Positions 41,150 through 49,166 of a stretch of 64,000 nucleotides of DNA are shown here, piece after piece (the first letter of the stretch is position 1; each line of letters starts with the position of its first letter). A model generated the notes under the pieces. It was not told where the DNA came from. It did no database searches and saw only the letters and a list, made by a program, of their open reading frames with translations. Source of the DNA: a virus; IMG/VR virus record IMGVR_UViG_3300021961_008712, positions 32,001 to 96,000 of that record; one strand, written 5' to 3'. The translations under genes were made by a program, and so were the position numbers.

Positions 41150-42319
41150 ATGAAAATAGGATTTATAGGAGTCGGCAAATTAGGAAAAGACGCAGCCGAA
41201 GTAATGGCAGAAAAACACGACGTATTAGGATACGACGTTGCCGACGTCAAACCAGAAAATTTTCAAATGGTACCTACGATCAAGGATGTATGCCAAGATC
41301 GAGAAATGATTTTCATTGCCGTACCTACTCCACACCACCCAGACTACGATGGTAGATATCCTACTGCTCATTTACCTAACAAAGACTTTAACTATACGAT
41401 AGTAAAAGATGTATTAACAGAAGTAAATAAGCATGTAACTAAGGATCAACTTGTAGTTTTAATTTCAACAGTACTTCCCGGAACAATCCGTAGAGAGTTT
41501 ATTAACTTAATTCCTAACGGTAGATTTATTTATAACCCATACTTAATTGCTATGGGAACAGTAAAGTGGGATATGGTTAATCCTGAAATGGTTATTATTG
41601 GAACTGAGGACGGTTCTATGACCGGTGATGCACAGTTACTTTTAGATTTTTATAGAACATTTATTAAAGAAGGTACTAGATATGAAGTTGGTACTTGGGA
41701 TGAAGCAGAAGGAATTAAAATTTTCTATAATACATTTATCTCTACAAAAGTTGCACTAGTTAATATGATTCAAGACGTTGCTGAAAAATCAGGTAACATG
41801 AATGTAGACGTAGTAGCAGGAGCATTAGAGAGATCAACTTATAGAATCTTAGGACCAGCTTACATGAAAGCAGGAATGGGAGATGGTGGTGGTTGTCACC
41901 CAAGAGATAATATCGCTTTGCGCTATATGGCTGAAAGTCTAGATTTAGGTTATGACTTGTTTGATGCAATTATGAATGCTAGAGAAGTACAAGCTAAAAA
42001 TATGGCTCAAAAGTTAGTTGATATTGCTAACGACAGTAAACTACCTATCATTATTCTAGGCAAAGCATATAAACCAGACGTAGACTATATTGACGGTTCT
42101 TCTTCTATATTAGTCGGTCATTATTGTTCTGAATTGGGTATAGTACCTGAATTTGATCAACCTAATCCGTACAAAGCAGTTTACCTATTAGCACATATGG
42201 GTAAGGATCATGATTATGATTTCCCTGCTGGTTCCGTAGTTGTAGATCCATGGAGAGCGTTTATACCAAAGAACGACTCAATTGATGTAGTGCACTATGG
42301 CAACACCAGAATACAATAG
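41150..42319 (+). CDS. ugd: UDP-glucose/GDP-mannose 6-dehydrogenase
   Basis: GVGKLG, AVPTP, STVLPG, AEGIK..YN, GGGCHPRD and AYKPDVD. Confidence 0.9.
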   Translation: MKIGFIGVGKLGKDAAEVMAEKHDVLGYDVADVKPENFQMVPTIKDVCQDREMIFIAVPTPHHPDYDGRYPTAHLPNKDFNYTIVKDVLTEVNKHVTKDQLVVLISTVLPGTIRREFINLIPNGRFIYNPYLIAMGTVKWDMVNPEMVIIGTEDGSMTGDAQLLLDFYRTFIKEGTRYEVGTWDEAEGIKIFYNTFISTKVALVNMIQDVAEKSGNMNVDVVAGALERSTYRILGPAYMKAGMGDGGGCHPRDNIALRYMAESLDLGYDLFDAIMNAREVQAKNMAQKLVDIANDSKLPIIILGKAYKPDVDYIDGSSSILVGHYCSELGIVPEFDQPNPYKAVYLLAHMGKDHDYDFPAGSVVVDPWRAFIPKNDSIDVVHYGNTRIQ

Positions 42320-43286
42320 GCTTTTTGCAGTAGGATGTAGTTATACTAATTACGCGACTCCTACCTACGCTGACATACTAGGGCTGAATTTCTACAAAAC
42401 AGTCAACATGGGTAAATCAGGCGGAGGTAATAGGTACATATTTAATACACTTTGTTATGTATTTAATGAACTTAAGCCTAAAAAAGGCGACGTAGTAATA
42501 GCCCAATGGTCAGGAATTGCTAGATATGATTCAATTATAGGACAAAGTGTAGATTGGTCTACCCCGGGAAACTTAAATTGGCAAGGTATCTATCCTCTAG
42601 ACGAATTTGTTAAGCCTTGGTTTAATATAGTGGAAAGAGCGTACGAATATGTTAGCTATATTACTGCCATCGCCGCACTCGCCAAACAATCAGAAGCCAC
42701 TTTTATTAATACTAATATGTTTGACCCGTGGCATGGTATGTTTTACGGAGAACCTTTTCAAACAGAAGTATTTAACTCCCAACTCAAGTACATTAATAGA
42801 TACTTTCCAAAAGAATTAATGCAAAGAACTTGTCAAGAGTTAAACTTTCCAACAAGTATCGAAGAATACCAGTGGCAAGTTGGTCCTTTCGCGCAGCCTT
42901 ATTTATTTAATAAGACAGGCCAAGGTATATACGATACTGATCTTCCTGATGGTACTCAAAGAGATACTCACCCTACCACTAAAGGACATCACGAGTACGC
43001 TAAGTATATAGATAAATTATATGAATTAGGATGTAACCATATATATTCTGATGCTGTTACAGCAGTAGTAGATAAAGTACATGCAGATCAAACAGACCCT
43101 ACATTCTCCTTTATAAAATCTAGAAAAGATAAAATGTACGAATCTTCGGCGAAATCAAACGTAAGTTATGACCCACAGTACTTTTACCATAAAGTAAAAG
43201 CCAAGGGTCATTATTTTCAACGCCACCATTCTTTAGATATACATGGATACTCTAATGACCCGGTAAAGAGATGGCTAAAGCAGTAA
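42297..43286 (+). CDS. SGNH hydrolase-like protein
   Basis: AVGCSYT, NMGKSGGGN, QWS..R.D and DTHPT..GH. Confidence 0.65.
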   Translation: MATPEYNRLFAVGCSYTNYATPTYADILGLNFYKTVNMGKSGGGNRYIFNTLCYVFNELKPKKGDVVIAQWSGIARYDSIIGQSVDWSTPGNLNWQGIYPLDEFVKPWFNIVERAYEYVSYITAIAALAKQSEATFINTNMFDPWHGMFYGEPFQTEVFNSQLKYINRYFPKELMQRTCQELNFPTSIEEYQWQVGPFAQPYLFNKTGQGIYDTDLPDGTQRDTHPTTKGHHEYAKYIDKLYELGCNHIYSDAVTAVVDKVHADQTDPTFSFIKSRKDKMYESSAKSNVSYDPQYFYHKVKAKGHYFQRHHSLDIHGYSNDPVKRWLKQ

Positions 43287-43927
43287 TTATTTCTGGACTT
43301 TTAGATAGTCTTTCTGAAAATATTATTCCTATAATCAAGAATAAGGATGTATACGTTCATACCTGGTATAACAAAGAAAATGAACGGTGGATAAACAAAC
43401 TCAATAGATTTAAAAAATACACAACCAATCTGTATATAACTGTTGATGAACCGAAGTATGAATCTAAACTCTTCTCTCATTTCTATTCTACTTGGAAAGC
43501 ATTTAATATTATTCAAGATGCTAGTAAATATAACCTGGTAGTTAAACTTAAACCTAATTTAGAGACAGAGAAGATAGAATACCAAGGTAATATAGAAGAT
43601 TACTTTTATAAAGCATACATATCTAATAGACCTTTATTAAATAACTATACATATAAAGACTGTATGTACGGCAGTATATACTATAAGACTATAGATGAAA
43701 GATTTTTTTCCGGACACCCGTTGGTATTTGAAAAAATATTTCGTATCTTAGAAGAAGAACTAGATATTAAAATGCAAAACATTAATCAGGAACTATCTAC
43801 CAAGTACGGTAACTACGAAGGAAGCCTGTTTTGGACGAAATGGTTTGATAATTTAAATATTCCTATTATTCAAGATACTGATTTAGTTCTACCTAATAAT
43901 ATACGTAGTAAATATGAAACTTACTAA
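43271..43927 (+). CDS. Hypothetical protein, possible glycosyltransferase-like
   Basis: AVIISG...DVYVHTW...Y.LVVKL.P pattern seen in viral glycan clusters. Position in the cluster supports this. Confidence 0.45.
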   Translation: MAKAVIISGLLDSLSENIIPIIKNKDVYVHTWYNKENERWINKLNRFKKYTTNLYITVDEPKYESKLFSHFYSTWKAFNIIQDASKYNLVVKLKPNLETEKIEYQGNIEDYFYKAYISNRPLLNNYTYKDCMYGSIYYKTIDERFFSGHPLVFEKIFRILEEELDIKMQNINQELSTKYGNYEGSLFWTKWFDNLNIPIIQDTDLVLPNNIRSKYETY

Positions 43928-44408
43928 TGAAGAATGTATCCAACTAATACAACAAAGTGAATCTCATGATTGGCATAGAGTAGAAAGAATTTTAACTAAG
44001 TACTTTATTAACTACAACGTCACGTTACCAGAATCTATTATTAGTAAAGTAAAAGAGTACACAAGAAAAGAACTGAACATTGAACTTTTAAACCTCGACT
44101 TCAAAGACTCAGCATTTTTGAAATATACAAAAGGAGACGGTTTCGAAAGACATAATGATAACAGGTCAGATAATCCACAAAATGCAAATAGGGTATATAC
44201 ACTAAACATAAGATTAAATAATGAATACAAAGGTGGAATTTTCTACTTAGATGATAAACCGTACATTAAAGAGGTAGGAGAAATATATTCGTACCGTTCT
44301 ACTATGTTTCATCATGTAAGTGAGGTTTCCGAAGGAACTAGGTATTTACTTGCTCTATTTATTAGAGTAAAAGATTACGATTACGAAAAAGCAAAGCAAA
44401 TTATATAA
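43914..44408 (+). CDS. 2OG-Fe(II) oxygenase (P4H-like)
   Basis: KY..GD.F..HND, L..EYKGG.F and HHVSEV.EGTRY. Confidence 0.88.
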   Translation: MKLTNEECIQLIQQSESHDWHRVERILTKYFINYNVTLPESIISKVKEYTRKELNIELLNLDFKDSAFLKYTKGDGFERHNDNRSDNPQNANRVYTLNIRLNNEYKGGIFYLDDKPYIKEVGEIYSYRSTMFHHVSEVSEGTRYLLALFIRVKDYDYEKAKQII

Positions 44409-44409
44409 A

Positions 44410-44664
44410 ATGGCAAACACTATTAAACTTACAGAACAAGAAATAAGTACACTAAGAAATATTTCCGACAAGTTTACTGCGATGAAAGCAGAATTTGGTA
44501 ATATTTATTTACAGGAAATTAACCTCAAAGAACGTAAAGAAAGAATAGAACTTTTCTATAAGGAATTACAACAAGCTGAGCAAAATATTGCTAAAGAGCT
44601 TCAAGATAAGTACGGTAAAGGAACAGTCAATACAGAAACTGGAGAATTTACTAGCTTAAGTTAA
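44410..44664 (+). CDS. Small coiled-coil protein
   Basis: Heptad pattern. Ends with KYGKGTVNTETGEF. Confidence 0.65.
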   Translation: MANTIKLTEQEISTLRNISDKFTAMKAEFGNIYLQEINLKERKERIELFYKELQQAEQNIAKELQDKYGKGTVNTETGEFTSLS

Positions 44665-44690
44665 GAAATAAATTTATTTAGTTCTTTTAT

Positions 44691-44716
44691 AGGAAGAGGT
44701 TTCGGACCTCTTTCCC
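44691..44716 (+). terminator. Hairpin (AAGAGGT-TTCGG-ACCTCTT) closing the enzyme island
   Basis: Inverted repeat with a UUCG-type loop. Confidence 0.6.
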
Positions 44717-44780
44717 TATTTATAAATGTTGATAGAACAGTTACATAGAAAACGTTTTCGATTAACAGACGATATTTATT
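44717..44780 (+). promoter_or_regulatory. Tandem TATTTAT(A/T) motifs before the tail sheath gene
   Basis: TATTTATA at 44717-44724 and TATTTATT at 44773-44780. Confidence 0.6.
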
Positions 44781-44809
44781 ATAGAACGAATAATCTAATT
44801 TAAGATAAA

Positions 44810-46552
44810 ATGGCAGAATCTTTAATCTCCCCAGGGGTCTTATCAAGAGAGCAAGATAGATCTTTTATTGCACCAGCAGCACTAGAGGCAGGCGCAGCAT
44901 TTATTGGCCCAACAGTACTTGGACCAGTAGAAGAACCAACAGTAGTAACATCATACGGTGATTACCAAAGAAAGTTTGGTGTAACTTTTGCTTCTGGTTC
45001 TAACAAATATGAATTTTTAACTTCCCTAGCAGTTAAGTCTTACTTTGAGCAAGGCGGTAATACAGCATTGATCACCAGAGTAGTAAACGGCTCCTTCTCA
45101 GGTGCTAGTAACACTAACATTGCTGCTAATGACGGCGGAAGCGCTCCTTTTACTTTAAAAACTCTTAGCAAAGGATCACTTCTAAACAACTCTACTGGAG
45201 CTAGCGATCCTGGTTCTTTAAACAGTGACGGTTCATTAGTATCTGGTTCAGAAGACAACATTAGATGGGAGATTGCAAATGTTGACGCTAACGCAGGTAC
45301 TTTCTCTTTAATCGTAAGAAGAGGAGATGACAGTACTAAACAAAAAACTGTATTAGAATCGTTCAATGATTTGAGCCTAGATCCTAACAACGAAGGCTAC
45401 GTTGCCAGAGTAGTTGGAGATCAGTATAAAACTAAATCAACTGATGGAACTTCTACTTATATTTCTACTGTAGGTTCTTATGTTAATAGATCAAGATACA
45501 TCTATGTTAACTCAGTTGATAGACAGACAATTAACTACCTTGCAAACGATGGAGTAAACATAAGAGATAACGCTTATACTGGTTCCCTTCCAGTAGCTAG
45601 CTCAGGTTCGTTCCACGGAGCACAGGGTGATTTATATCAAGCTTCTGCACCTAATAAGCACTTTAGCGCTATTACAAACGGAAACACTCAAGGTCTTGAT
45701 GCAGCAGATTATGCAGATGCTATCTCGATCTTAACTAACCAAGATGAATATGTATTCAATATCGTATCTACTCCTGGTTTGATTTATAACTTTGGAGATC
45801 ACAAAACTCAATTAGATAGCGTAATTTCCTTAGCGTCTTCTAGAGGCGATTGTATCGCAGTAGTAGACCTTTCTCCTTACGGAAGCACAGTATCTAACGC
45901 AGCTGGACATGCTTCTACAGTAAACAGCTCTTATGCAGCTTCTTACTGGCCATGGTTACAAATGGCAAGCTCAACTGGTAAGTTAGAATTTGCTCCTGCT
46001 TCTGTAGTGATTCCTGGAGTATATGCATTTACTGATAGTGCAGCAGCACCTTGGTTTGCACCTGCTGGTTTAACAAGAGGAGGAATTCCTAACGTAATCC
46101 AAGCAGAAAGAAAACTTACAAGATCTCAAAGAGATACTCTATATGCAGCAAACGTTAACCCAATTGCTACATTCCCAGGAAGCGGTATTTCAGTATTTGG
46201 TCAGAAGACTTTACAGAAGAAGAAATCAGCTCTTGATAGAGTTAACGTAAGAAGATTATTAATTGACCTTAAGAAATTCTTAGGTGATCAAGCTAAGTCA
46301 TTAGTATTCGAACAAAATACTATTGCTACTAGAAATAGCTTCTTGGCAGCAGTTAATCCATACTTAGAATCAGTAGTACAGAGACAAGGTCTTTATGCTT
46401 ACAGAGTGGTAATGGACGATACTAATAACACAGCCGATGTAATCGATAGAAACCAATTGATAGGACAAGTATATATTCAGCCAGCTAAAACTGCAGAATT
46501 CATTACCCTTGACTTCGTAATTGAACCAACTGGAGCATCATTCGGCGCATAA
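44810..46552 (+). CDS. Contractile tail sheath protein
   Basis: SPGV..RE.D, YWPW, PWFAPAG..RG, NPI, GQKT, RVNVRRL and P.KTAEFI. Confidence 0.96.
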   Translation: MAESLISPGVLSREQDRSFIAPAALEAGAAFIGPTVLGPVEEPTVVTSYGDYQRKFGVTFASGSNKYEFLTSLAVKSYFEQGGNTALITRVVNGSFSGASNTNIAANDGGSAPFTLKTLSKGSLLNNSTGASDPGSLNSDGSLVSGSEDNIRWEIANVDANAGTFSLIVRRGDDSTKQKTVLESFNDLSLDPNNEGYVARVVGDQYKTKSTDGTSTYISTVGSYVNRSRYIYVNSVDRQTINYLANDGVNIRDNAYTGSLPVASSGSFHGAQGDLYQASAPNKHFSAITNGNTQGLDAADYADAISILTNQDEYVFNIVSTPGLIYNFGDHKTQLDSVISLASSRGDCIAVVDLSPYGSTVSNAAGHASTVNSSYAASYWPWLQMASSTGKLEFAPASVVIPGVYAFTDSAAAPWFAPAGLTRGGIPNVIQAERKLTRSQRDTLYAANVNPIATFPGSGISVFGQKTLQKKKSALDRVNVRRLLIDLKKFLGDQAKSLVFEQNTIATRNSFLAAVNPYLESVVQRQGLYAYRVVMDDTNNTADVIDRNQLIGQVYIQPAKTAEFITLDFVIEPTGASFGA

Positions 46553-46565
46553 ATTTAAACTTGGA

Positions 46566-46577
46566 TATTTATAAATA
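46566..46577 (+). promoter_or_regulatory. TATTTATAAATA palindromic late-promoter site
   Basis: TATTTATA overlapping TATAAATA, 12 nt before the tube ATG. Confidence 0.65.
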
Positions 46578-46589
46578 AACAACAAAGAA

Positions 46590-47075
46590 ATGGCAGTACT
46601 AGATCCTAACGAAATAATGTTTAAAGCCTTCGAACCGAAGGTACAGAACAGATTTGTCATGTATATCGATGCAATTCCATCGTTCATGATTAAAAACGTA
46701 AAAGCTCCTACTTTTACAGACAACGTAATTAAGCTTGATCATATGAACACGTATAGAAAAATACGTGGGAAGAGAGAATGGGCAGAGATGACCATGACTC
46801 TATACGATCCGATCACTCCTTCTGGAGCTCAGGCAGTAATGGAATGGGCTAGATTAGGATACGAATCAGTAACAGGTAGAGCTGGATATTCTGACTTCTA
46901 CAAAAAAGATTTAACTCTTAATATTTTAGGACCTGTAGGGGACGTTATTGGAGAGTGGATCATCAAAGGTGCATTCGTGACTAACGGTGATTTCGGTCAA
47001 TATGACTGGACATCTGATGCAGTAGTTGATTTAGCAATTACTATTAATATGGATTACTGCGTACTTAATTACTAG
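46590..47075 (+). CDS. Tail tube protein (gp19-like)
   Basis: FEPK..NRF, GKREW, YKKD.TL..LGP.G..I.EW...GAF. Directly follows the sheath. Confidence 0.92.
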   Translation: MAVLDPNEIMFKAFEPKVQNRFVMYIDAIPSFMIKNVKAPTFTDNVIKLDHMNTYRKIRGKREWAEMTMTLYDPITPSGAQAVMEWARLGYESVTGRAGYSDFYKKDLTLNILGPVGDVIGEWIIKGAFVTNGDFGQYDWTSDAVVDLAITINMDYCVLNY

Positions 47076-47101
47076 GATCAAAGTACTTAATTATAATAAA
47101 G

Positions 47102-47128
47102 AAAGCCCGCTTGTCGGGCTTTTTTTTT
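47102..47128 (+). terminator. Rho-independent terminator
   Basis: AAAGCCCG-CTTGT-CGGGCTTT followed by a T tract. Confidence 0.85.
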
Positions 47129-47131
47129 ACC

Positions 47132-47800
47132 ATGAAAATACTAATAGAAGGAGATAGCTGGGGTGTTGGCTGTTGGGCAGGTTATGATAATAAAATATAC
47201 CATCCTGGATTAACACAATACCTGAATGAAGAAGGCTACAGTGTAGATAATTGGAGCACTGGAGGGAAAAGAATCTATGAGTTACTAAATCAACCTATAA
47301 ACGAATACGACTACATTTTTGTATTTCTTCCAGACCCTTTAAGAGGTTTTGATGAAGAAGCTTTTAGATTAATTAACACGTATAGAGGAGTACTTAACAC
47401 AGTTATAGACATTCAAAAAAAATATTTTGATATTTGGAATAACTTGAATAAAAAAATTCATATCATAGGATGTGGATTTAAAGCAGAAAAAAGCATTATA
47501 CAGAATTATCAAAATTTAGAAATAGTAGTACCAAGTATGATTGAGTACTTATACCCTGACTTTATACATCCCCCACTTCAACCTGGACCGTGGGTTAACT
47601 GGATTGATAGTAGATTTAGCTTACACGATATTGATAAATTTATCTCAGGTAAAAATGAACATGAAAGAACTACTTCAAAGGAATTCAAAAAATATTTTGC
47701 TCCTGATGGGTACCATATGAACCATTTAGCACATAAACAGTTATTTGAGTATATCCAAAATAATATTTTCAATATTAAGAGAAGTTCAAGAGAAGTTTAA
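47132..47800 (+). CDS. SGNH hydrolase-like protein
   Basis: EGDSWG, N.S.GG and PDGYHMN..AH. ATG 47132 is used because TTG 47111 lies inside the terminator. Confidence 0.65.
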   Translation: MKILIEGDSWGVGCWAGYDNKIYHPGLTQYLNEEGYSVDNWSTGGKRIYELLNQPINEYDYIFVFLPDPLRGFDEEAFRLINTYRGVLNTVIDIQKKYFDIWNNLNKKIHIIGCGFKAEKSIIQNYQNLEIVVPSMIEYLYPDFIHPPLQPGPWVNWIDSRFSLHDIDKFISGKNEHERTTSKEFKKYFAPDGYHMNHLAHKQLFEYIQNNIFNIKRSSREV

Positions 47801-47837
47801 GGAAGTATTACCTATTTATTAATAGATAATATTCCAA

Positions 47838-48059
47838 ATGAAGAAAGCACTGACCACTCTGTTGCTGTTATTCGGAATGATAGCAGTAGCAAACACTACC
47901 GACCCGGTAGGAGAAAAAAACACTCGACACTGCCACTATAAAGCAGAGTATTATGCGATTAGAGCGCAATTACAAGATGGAGACATTACTATTAAAGAAG
48001 CTCAACGTAAATGGAAGAAAGCATTAAAACAACTTAAAAAAGAAGAAGAGGCTAAATAA
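47838..48059 (+). CDS. Small exported protein with signal peptide
   Basis: MKKALTTLLLLFGMIAVA-N signal-like sequence. TATTTATT at 47813 upstream. Confidence 0.65.
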   Translation: MKKALTTLLLLFGMIAVANTTDPVGEKNTRHCHYKAEYYAIRAQLQDGDITIKEAQRKWKKALKQLKKEEEAK

Positions 48060-48072
48060 GCCTCTTTTTTTT
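48046..48072 (+). terminator. Rho-independent terminator
   Basis: AAGAGGCT-AAATA-AGCCTCTT followed by a T tract. Confidence 0.8.
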
Positions 48073-48081
48073 AAAATATAG

Positions 48082-48114
48082 TTGCTTAAAAAAATAAAAG
48101 TTCATATATTTATA
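48082..48114 (+). promoter_or_regulatory. Overlapping TTGCTT-N17-TATATT and TATTTATA promoter motifs
   Basis: Both motif classes are present. Confidence 0.6.
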
Positions 48115-48141
48115 TATAAACTAGTTTACAATTAAATATTT

Positions 48142-48882
48142 ATGGAACCAAAATTTAAAATTCCTACTGAAACGGTAGATCTACCTTCCAAGGGAAAACT
48201 TTACCCTGAAGGACATCCCCTCAAGAGCGGTACTATCGAAATGAAGTACATGACAGCTAAAGAAGAGGATATTCTTACAAATCAAAACTTTATACAGAAA
48301 GGTATAGTTATTGATAAACTACTTCAATCACTTATTGTCACCAAATTTGATTATAATGATCTATTGATTGGTGATAAGAATGCTCTAATGGTCGCAGCAA
48401 GAATTCTTTCTTACGGAAAGGATTACGAATTTGAGTATAAAGGACAGAAGGTAGTAGCAGACTTATCTGAAATAAAAGATAAAGAACTAGATTTTTCTAC
48501 AATTAGTGAGGGACAGCAAGAATTTACTTTTAATTTACCTAAAAGCGGTAATGAAGTAACATTTAAGCTCCTTACTCATGGTGATGATAGAAAAATTGAT
48601 AGAGAAGTAGAAGGACTTAAAAAGATTAGCAGAGATAACGATACTTCCATGTCTACCAGACTTAAATATATTATTACTTCAGTAAATGGAGACAGAGAGC
48701 AATCTACTGTTAGACAGTTTGTCGACCAAGGACTCTTAGCACAAGACGCTAGAGCTCTTAGAGAGGAATATACCAGAGTACAGCCAGATGTTGAATTTAA
48801 AGTGTACCATGTAGACGAAAACGGTGTAGGGGAGGACATCGATGTGCCGGTCACAGTCAACTTTTTTTGGCCTGACGCCTAA
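48142..48882 (+). CDS. Baseplate hub / tail assembly chaperone (gp26-like)
   Basis: LPSKG..YP, MTAKEEDIL, GD.NAL..AARI.SYG and C-terminal FFWP. Lies upstream of the tape measure. Confidence 0.85.
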   Translation: MEPKFKIPTETVDLPSKGKLYPEGHPLKSGTIEMKYMTAKEEDILTNQNFIQKGIVIDKLLQSLIVTKFDYNDLLIGDKNALMVAARILSYGKDYEFEYKGQKVVADLSEIKDKELDFSTISEGQQEFTFNLPKSGNEVTFKLLTHGDDRKIDREVEGLKKISRDNDTSMSTRLKYIITSVNGDREQSTVRQFVDQGLLAQDARALREEYTRVQPDVEFKVYHVDENGVGEDIDVPVTVNFFWPDA

Positions 48883-49126
48883 CGAGGCAGCTGAGTATAG
48901 AGCAGGGCTCTTCTCTCAGATACACGAAATTGTTTTTCATGGTAAAGGCGGCTATGATTTCGGAACCGTGTATAACATGCCAATATGGTTACGAAGATTA
49001 ACCTTTAAGAGAATAGCTGAATTCTATGAAGATCAGAACAAACAGAATAAAGCTCCTTCATCTTCCAATGAAATAGCAAGAGGACCAAATATATCTCCGT
49101 CCTATAGTACAAAGGCTTCTAAATAA
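48863..49126 (+). CDS. Chaperone C-terminal extension (gp51/gpT-like), probably reached by +1 frameshift
   Basis: The +1 frame overlaps the upstream gene at the T7 run. Contains the YNMPIWLRR motif. No convincing independent start. Confidence 0.65.
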   Translation, partial: FFGLTPNEAAEYRAGLFSQIHEIVFHGKGGYDFGTVYNMPIWLRRLTFKRIAEFYEDQNKQNKAPSSSNEIARGPNISPSYSTKASK

Positions 49127-49139
49127 TAGAGGCCTTTAC

Positions 49140-49147
49140 TATTTATA
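49140..49147 (+). promoter_or_regulatory. TATTTATA putative late promoter
   Basis: Follows the AAAGGCTTCT...AGAGGCCTTT hairpin, upstream of the tape measure. Confidence 0.65.
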
Positions 49148-49166
49148 AGAAATAAGACTACTTACC

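Noticed and set aside
17960-44408. DNA hypermodification cluster
   Set aside because: No hydroxymethylase, thymidylate synthase-like, nucleotide kinase or preQ0 genes are present, and it lies in the structural region. Not favoured, though not excluded for single genes such as the 2OG oxygenase.
47111-47131. ORF-track upstream starts at 47111 (also 1539, 13150, 48842, 63168)
   Set aside because: These starts fall in terminators, leaders or upstream genes. Downstream ATGs, or the frameshift for 48842, fit better.
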